A stretch of DNA of 64,000 nucleotides from the human T2T-CHM13v2.0 reference genome, Homo sapiens, in assembly GCF_009914755.1 (NCBI RefSeq), contig NC_060933.1; one strand, written 5' to 3'. Position numbers and translations under genes: made by a program. Shown one piece after another: positions 53,367 through 64,000 of the stretch. The notes below the pieces were generated by a model. It saw only the letters and a list, made by a program, of their open reading frames with translations. It made no database searches and was not told where the DNA came from. How positions within the stretch are numbered: position 1 is the stretch's first letter; every line of letters begins with the position of its first letter.

Positions 53367-53455
53367 TTCTGCTTTAAGGTTTAAAATATAAATACTTCTG
53401 TTTTAAGGTTTAAAATATAAATACTTCTACTTTAAGTTTTAAAATATAAATACTT
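53367..53455. repeat. 29-bp x3 minisatellite (TTCTGCTTTAAGGTTTAAAATATAAATAC)
   Basis: Copies at 53367-53395, 53396-53424 and 53425-53453; copies 2 and 3 differ from copy 1 by 1 and 2 substitutions. Confidence 0.93.
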
Positions 53456-53979
53456 AACTCATCACAGCCTACTTTCAAATAACAGTATATCACTTGATAT
53501 GCAGTATAATACATTGCCAGTTTTTTTCTGCAGACACACATATACTTCTCATAAAATTTTACTTCTGCCTTAGGACTCTTTCTTATAAATGACAATGGAG
53601 GGTGGCTGACAATGAAATTCTTTAGATTTTGTTCAGTGCTGAGACAACGTTGAGATGAGCAAATTACCTCTGGTGAAAAACTTAATGAGGAACTCTCTCG
53701 GGTCACACAAGGCACAAGTCTTGCACTCTCAATCTCAAATATATAACTCTGAAAGTGAGTAGCTCTTTAGGTTTTGGGACCTAGTTGTGTCATTTACTTT
53801 ACCCTAGTTCCAAACCTATTTTTAATTTTCTAAAAATAAACGAGCCCTATTTTACTTTAGTGCTTAAAATTTTCTACTTGTTATAAAAATGTAGATAAAG
53901 CTGTTTTTTATTATTTAATTATTTATGATTGCTCCATTGTCTCCAAGTTTTCATAGTTTCTGAAGAAAATTGCCCGTAT

Positions 53980-53999
53980 TTGTGTGTGTGTGTGTGTGT
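53980..53999. repeat. (TG)n microsatellite
   Basis: TGTGTGTGTGTGTGTGTGT seen directly. Confidence 0.9.
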
Positions 54000-54975
54000 A
54001 TTTCTTTTGATGTGGATTATTTTGTCATCTCTGATGCCTTTTAAGATTTTTCTCTTTATCACTGATTTTCAGAAATTAGACAATAGTTTACCTTGCCATT
54101 TTGTCTTTATTTGTGATTCTAATAACATTTTGGCAATCATTTCTTCGTATTTTTGGTTTTGTTCTTCCCTACCACATACTCACACACAGACATCCACTCA
54201 GTGTTCTTCTGGGACTCCATCTCTTCTTGTATTATGCTGCTTGATATTGTCCAACACAGTGTGGTTGTTTTTTCAAATGTGTCTATGTTTTCTGTTTTGG
54301 ATAGTTTATATTGTTATGTTATCAAAATCACTGGTATTTTTTCTACAATGGTTAAAGTGCTGTTAAATTTATTCATACATTTTTAATCTAATATACTTAT
54401 TTTTTCTGTTTTAGGAGTCTGCTTGTTTTTATTTCTTCCATTTTTATTTTCTCATAATATACATATTTTCCCATCTTATTTGAAAAAATAAAGCATATTT
54501 TTAACAACTGAATTAACATGTTTCAACACTAATTATTATGTTCATCAAAACCAGATATTGTGAATTCTATATTGTTATGTGATGGATTTTGTTGAATTCC
54601 TTTTGTATATTTGTATTTTGTTCTCAAACACAGTTAAATTATTTGGAATCAGTTTGATGCTTTTAGAGATTGCTATAAAATTTTCTTAGAGAAGATGTAG
54701 AGTTGCTTTAGGTTTAGGAATGAGTGAGTTCCATCACAAAAGCAGGATTCTTCCAAAGATTCTACCTAATAGCTCATATATTACCCTGTCTTCTACTTTG
54801 GTTTGTGGCAACAATAATATTTGCAGAGCTTTCTTGAGCTTTGAGCATTGTTCTTCAAACCCTTTGTGTTGGCATTTTACCCCAGGCTTCTGTTATTTTC
54901 TCCATGTATTCACAGTTTAGTATTCAATGAAGGACTCAATAATTTCCTAGGAAGGTCTGCAGACACACGGTCATC

Positions 54976-55217
54976 TGTATTCATTAGCATGGGCTGCTAT
55001 AACAAAATGCCATAGACTGAGCAGCTTATAAACCACAGAGATGTATTTCTCAGTCTAACCTCACATGGTGGAAGAGGGAGGGGTCTCTCTGGCACCTTTC
55101 ATAAGGGCTCCACTCCCATGATCCAGTCACCTACCAAATTGCCCATTTTTTAATATTATCACCTTGGTGGTGAGAATTTTAATATACAAATTTGGGGAGG
55201 TCAATTAGACCAGAGCA
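54976..55217 (-). mobile_element. Internally deleted MLT1A-type LTR
   Basis: GGGCTGCTATAACAAAATGCCATAGACTGAGCAGCTTATAAAC...CCTCACATGGTGGAAG...TTAGACCAGAGCA. Confidence 0.8.
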
Positions 55218-55564
55218 TAATTCTTGGCAGATAAAAGAAGCCATAAGAAAGCTGGTGTGATAAGACCAGAATGAGCCAGAGGGAAGTTTTAAGGTACAAT
55301 AAAATATTAGGCTAGACTATTAAAGTACTTTGTCATTAGAAATTACATCTTTCAGATGAAATCTACCCAATCCTTGCTTGTACATCTTGCTAAAGTTTTA
55401 ACTTTTCCATTGATTTCATTATATTTGTCATGTCTTTCCTATCAATTTAATTTTCAATTATCTTCACTTCTTATACATACTGCTATATATTATTTAATCA
55501 TTCTGCCTTAAATTATTTTGTGTACAGTTATAATACTTCAGCCTAGTTTACTAGGAACTCATTA

Positions 55565-55897
55565 CAGTTGTTCCCCTGTATTTGTGGGGTACTGGTTCTA
55601 GGAACCCTCAGACACAAAAATCTACAGATGCTCAAGACCCTTCCATAAAATGATGTATAATAGTATTTTATACACCTACATCCACACTGTCACATACTTT
55701 AAATCATCTCTAGATTTCTTATGATACCAAGTACAATGTAAATGTTATGTAGGTAGTTATAGTGTGTTCTTTAGGGGATAATGACAAGGCAGAATTCCAT
55801 ATGTGTTCACTTTTTCATAAATGTTTTTCCAAATATTTTTGATCCATGGGTGGTTGAATCCACACATGCAGAACCTATGGATATGGAGGGTCCACTG
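55565..55897 (+). mobile_element. MER2 (TcMar-Tigger) MITE
   Basis: TA|CAGTTGTTCCCCTGTATTTGTGGG ... CCTATGGATATGGAGGGTCCACTG|TA. TA target duplication and imperfect terminal inverted repeats. Confidence 0.9.
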
Positions 55898-57508
55898 TAC
55901 TTTTTTCTATCCTCCTAACTACATATTGGTTTCTATTTTTGTCTTTATTAAATCTTAAATTGTAGTCATACTACAAATTTGATCTTTTCTATTGTTTCAT
56001 TTTTTTCTATTTCTTGAACAGTATTCTGTTTCTGTTTCAATGCATTAGTATCCACTTATTTATGTTTACCAAAATATTATACAGTCAAATAATTCAGGAA
56101 GACTTTGAAAATTTAAAGTCAACAGATTTGTATTAGCCTCAATTATATCGTCTGTAATAAATCAGATTATCCTGTCATTAGGATTAAATATTAAAATCTA
56201 TTTAAGACATCTTAAAGAATATTTGAGATATTATGTATACTTAATATGGATATTTGTTTTCTTCCCTTCATTTTCTGACTTATTTTAGCCTTTTCATTTG
56301 TATTGTTTTATGTACCTTACAGTTACATAAACTCCTTAGTATCTGGAAACTTGTCTTCTTATTTTAATGTGCCATTCATCTCCTTAGCACAATTTCTTAC
56401 ACATATATGTTCTACAAATGTTTATTAAATGAATTAGTGTCAACTACATGCATGCTTTATTCATTAAGCTGTCAAAGGATTGATCTGCTTTACAGCTTTG
56501 TCAAACTATAGAACTTTAATTCTTTTGCCATACTTTAAAAATAATACATGTTTAGGTAATAATAAAATCAATATTCATACTCATAAAATAACAGATTGTA
56601 AAAGCATTGTAGGCTAACCACATACATTTTGGAAAAGAAACTGAAATTAATTCTTAAATTCTTTCAAATTCTTCATCTTATTTACTATTTTTGTAAAGTA
56701 AATGTTTATCTTGTATTTTAGTTTTAAGCTCTTAGAATCTTCAACAATATAGTTTTTTGTACATAAAATATTTAAATCAACTTAATCTATGTACATGTTA
56801 TAAACTAAGTTCAAGTAAAATTACATAAAATGCAACAATGCATTTTATTTTTCTATTCATATTTTTCTAATAAATCTTGTAAGTTTAAGTAATTATTTTA
56901 GTTAACGCTATGAAATTCTACCTAGGCAGGTTAGGTGTTAATTTCCCAATTTGTATGCAAACTGAACAATTTTCTCTGCGCTCTTCATCATTTCATCTTT
57001 CCACTTAACTTTCTCTATTTTAACCAAATAATATTTATTGTATTTTGCCCCATTTAAACTAATGAATAAAAATTTCCCTCAGTGTAAACTCTATGTTGAT
57101 GTTTCAAATAGAATATTTTATTCCCTGTGTGTTTTGAGTAGTAGCACCTTTAATGTTTTATCTATTTATATTTGTACAAGGCATATTACACATCTGAAAT
57201 GAACACAGTACTAATTAGCATAAAGTCAATGTTAGCCTTAGACTTTACAGGTAAGTCTACAGAATACAGAAAGAAAAAATATAATGTCATATGTACTTCT
57301 TAAACAGTTGTATCAGTGGAAAAACTGATGATGCATTCATGTTTTCCTCAATATTTAGTGAGGAGAGCAAAAATGAGTAATAAGAAGGCAAGAAAAAATA
57401 TCCACTGCATGACTGTAACAGGCACTAGATGATGAGGTCATAGAATGTATTCATCTTTATTTATTCAGAAATTAGCTCCATACCTAGCACATAAACACTC
57501 CCATCTCA

Positions 57509-57849
57509 GGTCTCAGTTCGCTTGTGCTTCTGTAACAAAATAGCTGAGACTGATAAGAACAGAAACTTGTTTCTCACAGTCCAGGAGGCTGAAAAGTTCA
57601 AAACCATGGTTCTGGCAGGTTTGGCACCAAGTGAGGTCCCAGTTTCTGCTTCTAAAATGGTAACTTGAATGCTGTGTCCTTACATTAGCTAGTTCCCTTC
57701 AGCCCTTTTGTAATGCACTAATCCCATCTATGAGTACAGAGTCCTCATGGCCTAATTACTCCTAAAGGCCTGACTTCTTAATACTATTGCATTGAGGATT
57801 AAGTTTCAAAATGGCTTTTAGAGGGGAGACAAACATTTAAGCTAAAGTA
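57509..57849 (-). mobile_element. MSTD/MLT1A-type MaLR LTR, within an L2 3' end
   Basis: GTCTCAGTTCGCTTGTGCTTCTGTAACAAAATAGCTGAGACTG...GCACTAATCCCATCTATGAG...GAGGATTAAGTTTCAA...GACAAACATTTAAGC. Confidence 0.85.
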
Positions 57850-59459
57850 TAATAATCCATAATTTTTGAATGAATGAACAAAAAGTCACTTGCATTTAAA
57901 TGTGAAAAGGTAGATACTTTCGGTGTCAGTTATTTTCTGTACAATTGTGATTATTCCTCATAAAAATTCAGAGCAATCAGTTGGCTTTCAATTAAATTTA
58001 CACATTAGTTATAAACATTTTAAATGTTAACTCTGTTTCTACCCTTCATGATATTTAATATGTATATTAATTTTACAAGAATTACTTAAATATTTTTCTT
58101 CCAATTTTCTAATTCTCTTTCCCTTGTTGAAATGAGCAAACACACAAAATATCAAGTGACAGATAATGCATTGCTAATGTCTTACTTTGGTAAGATATTT
58201 TCATTAGTATTTTAAATAGAACTGAGATTTTTATTTTTATATATTTTTTAACCAAACCTGACTCATATTATAGATGATCTAAAGTATTAATGTAATACAA
58301 AACCATTGTATTTCTTGGCACAAAGAAAAAGCGTGGGTCATGTCAAACACCTGCAATGACAGTAAAATCATGTCACAAATAAGCTAATTATGTTGAAAAA
58401 TGATTATGCACACACTATGTAAAGCATTGTCCTTTTCCTTTGTTGGAAGGCATTTATTCATAGACATCATGTATACTTTCTTCCCAAAGGGTAAGGTTGA
58501 CCTAGAACCCTATGGACGACCCTTTATAGTTAAGCTTGCCAACTACTTGTCAGAAATGATTAGTGAGAAATGTAGGAAAGAAAATTTCCCCTGTTGATGA
58601 CAGGGGGCAAATAGAAGATGCCCTGAAGTTGTCATAAGGAATCACATTTTTTTCAATAAGAATATTTTTTATTTGATAATATCTAATATCACAGATCAAC
58701 CTTTATTTATACATATTCTAGACATGTGTTGAACTTGACAGGTTTTGGTAATAGAAAATTCTGTGGCAACTCACAAAAGAGTATGTGTGCATTGTAATCA
58801 TTTTTATTATAAATAATAACTGTGTCTTTTTTTGATAAAATGAAGATATAATAAATCATGATTTCCCCTCAATCATATCTTTTAGAAACTGAGTTTATGT
58901 GTCTTTGGATTTATAATAATCCCAAACTCACATTTTATGTTAAAATACTCATTAAAATGCAATAATTTATTACAACTTTATTTTGGATTATATTCTGAAT
59001 GTCTTACAACATGAAAGCTAAAGAGTGCTATACATTTTTTGAAACAGATTTATGTAAGCCTCACAGTCTGTATTATGAAATTATTAATGTTAGAGTAACA
59101 TTTTGATCTACTAGATTCATAAAATTAATGAGAATTCTTCAGCTATTATTTTGAATCCTCTCCTTATATCTCTTAATAATACAGATAACACAGATTTGAG
59201 CTACAGGAAAATGTAATATGCATTGTGTTTGAACAAAGTGTGTTATAATTTTGGATGTACATCAACCTATACTGTATCCCTATGTTGTGTAAGACTGAAT
59301 ATCCTAGATCATATTGGATTATTACAGTCAATAATATTTTACATTAAACATCAAAAAATAATATGGCATTCATTTACAACCCAGAAAAATGAGTAACTCC
59401 CAGGAGAAATTTAGTTTTCATTGCTCCTTATGCTAACAACTTTAAAGTTCAAATGCTAA

Positions 59460-59825
<366 letters not shown>

Positions 59826-60117
59826 TCTATTTTTGAAAGTTACCTTTTGTCATTTTTTTATCTGCAGTAGTGTGGATTAGAAACCTGGCTCAGTCCTACC
59901 ACTAAAATAATTCTTAAAAGTTGGATGAAACATTAAAAAAATCTTGCTTTAGTGTCACAATGATCAGGCAAGAAGACAATAATTTTATGAAAATTAAGGT
60001 TTTACCTTGAGAGCATTCTCTGGTCTTGATAAGGATGAGGCCATGTTTCTTGGGACTGTAAAAAGCAGGGGACCAGAGACAAAGTTCAAAGTCCAGCCAA
60101 ATTGGAAGTGTAGTAAG

Positions 60118-60934
60118 AGAACACTCTTACACTATTGGTGGGAGTGTAAATTAGTTCAACCATTGTGGAAGACAGTATGGTGATTCCTCAAGGATCTAGA
60201 ACTAGAAATACCATTTGAGCCAGCAATCTTATTACTGGGTATATACTCAAAGGATTATAAATTATTCTACTCTAAAGACACAGGCACACGTATGTTTATT
60301 GCAGCACTATTTACAATAGCAAAGACTTGGAACCAACCCAAATGTCCATCAATGATAGACTGGATAAAGAAAATGTGGCACATATACACCATGGAATACT
60401 ATGCAGCCATAAAAAAAGATGAGTTTGTGTCCTTTGCAGGGACATGGATGAAGCTGGAAGCCATCCCTCTCAGCAGACTAACACAGGAAAACCAAACACC
60501 ACATGTTTTCATAAGTGGGAGTTGAACAATGAGAACACATGGTCACAGGGAGGGGATCATCAGGGAGGGGATCATCAGGGAGGGGCTGTAGGGGGCGGGG
60601 GCCTAGGGGAAGGATAACATTAGGAGAAATACCTAATGTAGGTGACGAGTTGAAGGGTGAAGCAAACCACCATGGCACATGTATACCTATGTAACAAAAC
60701 TGCAGGTTCTGCACATGGACACAGGGAGAGGAACATTACACACCGGGACCTGTTGGGGGTGGAGGGCAAGGGGAGGGAGAGCATTAAGACAAATACCTGC
60801 ATGTGGGGCTTAAAACCTAGATGACGGGTTGATAGGTGCAGCAAACAACCATGGCACATGTATACCTATGTAACAAACCTGTACGTTCTGCACATGTATT
60901 CCAGGACGTAAAGTGAAATATATAAAAAAAAAAA
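60118..60934 (+). mobile_element. 5'-truncated L1PA7/8-type element with a doubled 3' UTR
   Basis: ORF 60292-60525 is the L1 ORF2 C-terminus (MFIAALFTIAKTWNQPKCPSMIDWIKKMWHIYTMEYYAAIKK). Two successive 3' UTR copies. Poly-A to 60934. Candidate TSD AGAACACTCTT (60118-60128) / AGAATGCCCTT (60934-60944). Confidence 0.93.
60546..60585. repeat. 15-bp tandem repeat (CAGGGAGGGGATCAT) x2.7
   Basis: Perfect copies at 60546-60560 and 60561-60575, partial copy at 60576-60585. Confidence 0.92.
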
Positions 60935-60944
60935 GAATGCCCTT

Positions 60945-62260
60945 TTCTGGGGTTCTCACTAATATGACCTGTGTAACTTGAAAATCCTCAAGACAGAAAT
61001 TTAAAGTGATCTCATTCTGTTTATAACCCTGGGCCCTTGGTACAAACAAATTTATATAATCCTTTTGGGAAACCTCTTTCAATTCTATCCTAAAATTATT
61101 TGCATAAATATACTTCTATTAGTTAGGAATTGACAGTAAAACAAAACAAAACACACAGAGAAAGATGGTGCATGAAAAGAATATAGGAGGAAAACAGGGA
61201 GATAAAAGAATCACATGAAGAAAGACTCCAGATACTGGAATTATAAGAATGTATAACAAACAAGTTTGAATTAAGTAAGAATTAAAATGAATGATTTAAA
61301 AGTTTAATTCAAACAACGGTAAACACACAACTGACACATTCATAATATGTTAGAGATAGCTAAAGTGAGAATAACCACATAACGTAAAACATAGTTAAAT
61401 TCACTTTGACTATTAAGAGATGTATAAAAATGAACAATAAAGAGAAAGGATTCAGTGATATGAAAGACAGAATGAAAATGACTATCATATATTAAACTGG
61501 AGTCTAATATATTCATTAGTGAGATTTACTGACATCCCTAATGAAAGACATCAAATTCTCAGATTCAGGAGAAATAAGACATTACACTCAAGATACATAA
61601 GACGAATCATTCCTCGGCACACCTAAGTTTTCATCATAAACTGTACCTTCAATCATCTTCATTCTTCCTGACCTGATCTATTTTTCTCATCGTATTTACC
61701 ACCTTCAAACATATGGTACACATCCTAGTTACTTTGGGTATCTTATATTACAATATAATCTCAAAACAGATTTTGTTGATTTTATTTACAAGATGTAACC
61801 AAAGGGCCTAGATTATCTTTATAGCATAGTATATGTTCAAAATTTATTACCAAATAAATATAAAGTACATTTATGAAAGGTGAAGGAGAATATAAAACAG
61901 AGGGAAGATCTTCAGAACTACCACAACAAAATGACACATAACTTAAATGTCAAAATACCAACACTGACTTCTTATCAACAGCAATAAAAAGTAGGAAAAA
62001 ATTTGGAAAATATCCTCAATGAGTTTAGACACACTTCTATACATTAGAGGTTTATAAAACACAAAAACTCCTTTTATAAATGAGTCAAAATAATGACATT
62101 TTAGACAAAGAATAACAGAAAATTTATCATCCAAAAGCACCTTCCAAAGAAACGTCAAAAGACAAATTTCAAACAAAGGAAAATGATCACAGATAAAAGA
62201 TTTGGGATAAAATAAATAATAATGAGAAAAATAGAATATATATGGGAGGTATAAAAAAGA
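60945..62260 (+). mobile_element. Old L1M/HAL1 ORF1-like fragments with an L2 piece (~61625-61860)
   Basis: A-rich degenerate ORF1 motifs (GATATGAAAGACAGAATGAAAATG...TAAACTGGAGTC, ATGAAAGACATCAAATTCTCAGATTCAGGA, ACTGACTTCTTATCAACAGCAAT). Confidence 0.5.
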
Positions 62261-62301
62261 AAATAAAATTTACTTCAATACAAAATTGAAATGTGTAAAG
62301 A

Positions 62302-62963
62302 TGTTTTGGTGGGGGTCTCCATTGCTCTTCAGCTTTGATTATTTATTTAAAAAACTCTCAGAACTCAGAGAAGCAATTATACTCATGTTTACAGTTTATT
62401 AAAACAAAAGGATGCAGAGTCATATCAACAAAGGAAAAAGATTCTCAGGGCAAAGTCCAGGAGACTCCAGGCACAAACTTACAAGTGTCCATCAAAGCAG
62501 AATCACATGCAGATACACTTCAGTCTCCCAGTAAAGCTGCATACAACCACATGTGAATTCTTGGCAATTAGAGCAGCTTATTTATTCTTTGATGTCCCAG
62601 GTTTTTATTGGTGGTTAATCACATAGGCATGCAATGCCCAAGTGGCAAAACTTGGCAAATTCAGCTTCCTTTCCATGATCCCTCTAGAACAAAACCAGGC
62701 ATTGAGCATAAATCATATCTTAGAATAAACGTATCTGGTTAAATTGATACCACATGGTTCAAATAAATACAGCATGGCTCAGGGCCTCAGGCATATAAAG
62801 TCAGTCATTCACCATAAACCCAAGGCCTCAGATATACAAAAACACTCTTCACGGTAAGACTATTTCCAGAACTCAGAGGCTAGCTAGTCCTAAAAACAAA
62901 CCTTACCTTTGAATGTGCAGGGTTGAAAAAACCCTGGGCTGCTGAGTTAACACATTCTTGCCT
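62302..62963 (-). mobile_element. MER77/MER21/MER68-like ERVL-group LTR
   Basis: GAACTCAGAGAAGCAATTATACTCATGTTTACAGTTTATT...GCAAAGTCCAGGAGACTCCAGGCACAAAC...CCAAGGCCTCAGATATACAAAAACACTCTT...GAATGTGCAGGGTTG...GCTGAGTTAAC. Confidence 0.7.
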
Positions 62964-64000
62964 AATCCATATTTATTGTCCCTGGTCTAATCTCTCCTGT
63001 AGCAAAACAATCATATTTTTCTGAGCATCTACATTGAATATGGCATTTATATGACAGTAACAACAGTAATATTAACATGAATATGCCTAGCATTTTATGG
63101 ACACAGTGTAGGGTAAAGATTGATTTTTAAAAATTACTAATGCATCCTACAAGCCCATTACATACACTTTAATATTTTGTAGAAACAAAATTACTCATTC
63201 CTCCTCTCAATCTGCTTTTATTTTTACTTTTTGATAAATCTGTGCAGAACTATTTAGCATTGAAATTAGATAATGGTTAGCTGAATTCTGTTTTCTCAGG
63301 CCATTTATTATTCACCCAGATTACATTCTGAAGAGGCTTTAACTCAATATCTTAATACATTTGATTATCAATATAAGCATTATATAACTTCTCTACATAA
63401 GATAGTTGAATCTTACCAACAATGCTAGTGTAATGTCATATTGCAGTATGATCATGTTACAATTCAGTTTTATTACAGAGAAAGTTATTACGAATGATAG
63501 AGCTATTTGTTACAGCTACTCAACATAATTGGTTCTTGTCTTTATACCGTATAGTATTATAAATAAGTGTTATTACTACTCACCATGATTTGATTATTTC
63601 TGGGTTTCTAATGGGTTGTGGACTTAGCCAGTCACCCTGTCTTAGTTCACAGGCCCTAATTGACAATGGTCTCTACTATATGCTGTCTTACAGCAGGATA
63701 CACTCCCTTCCTATAGACAAGACACAAGAATAAGAATAGTTTATATCTCTGCTACCTGTACTACAGGATGTCTTATCCTTATCTATTCTTGGGGCAATGG
63801 CAATAACAATGAATTAATATAAATTATGAGTGACCTCAGAGATGGGGTCCCTAAGATTATATAAATGTGTCCTTCTGCATCTAAGAAGAACCATTACCCT
63901 ATGGTTATTTAGGCCTCCATCTGTGTTAAAGTGATAAAGTGATGCTATTGAGTCATAATACAAACTCATTACCAGTGTTGGGTCCTAGCATTATCCATCA

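Larger units (their letters stand above)
49940..54950 (-). mobile_element. Long patchwork of old antisense L1M fragments
   Basis: T-rich antisense ORF2/ORF1-like motifs (CAGTGAAGGCACCTGAGTCTGGAATTT, TTGGGTCAGAGAACATACTCT, TTGCAATTAATCTAGAAATCAATTT, AATAAATTGACCCCTTTAT), interrupted by younger insertions. Confidence 0.6.

Noticed and set aside
53929-54386. 145-aa hydrophobic ORF
   Set aside because: T-rich antisense L1M plus a (TG)n run yields Phe/Leu/Cys/Val-rich pseudo-membrane text, and the ORF begins at a non-ATG codon.
60292-60525. 77-aa ORF with a strongly protein-like sequence
   Set aside because: It is the C-terminus of L1 ORF2 in a 5'-truncated copy, not a host gene. The same applies to 37256-37507.

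Overview
This is primate (most likely human) AT-rich, CpG-poor intergenic or deep-intronic DNA. I find no credible protein-coding gene, RNA gene, CpG island or CRISPR array. The listed ORFs are either chance ORFs or decayed Alu/L1/LTR reading frames. About half or more of the window is interspersed repeat. The main elements are a near full-length but dead L1PB-type LINE-1 (~17.1-24.3 kb) and a two-LTR non-autonomous ERV1 provirus of the MER61 type (26388-33590), which carries nested AluY, THE1 and AluS insertions. There are also solo LTRs (LTR1-type, MER4, MER57, MER67, THE1, MLT1/MST, MLT2A, LTR16, MER77-like), DNA transposon fossils (MER58A, MER1B, MER2), several Alus, and MIR/L2/old L1M fragments. 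The most notable observations are: (i) both LTRs of the provirus keep a perfect zero-spacer p53 response element; (ii) a chimeric L1PA 3' end is built from two different subfamily 3' UTRs joined at CACATG; (iii) a young, perfect, hairpin-derived 28-bp x3 repeat sits inside the old L1; (iv) several nested insertions have readable target-site duplications (TSDs). I do not see evidence of a new multi-gene biological system. Repeat family names come from recalled consensus sequences, not from a database search, so subfamily labels and the boundaries of old repeats are approximate.
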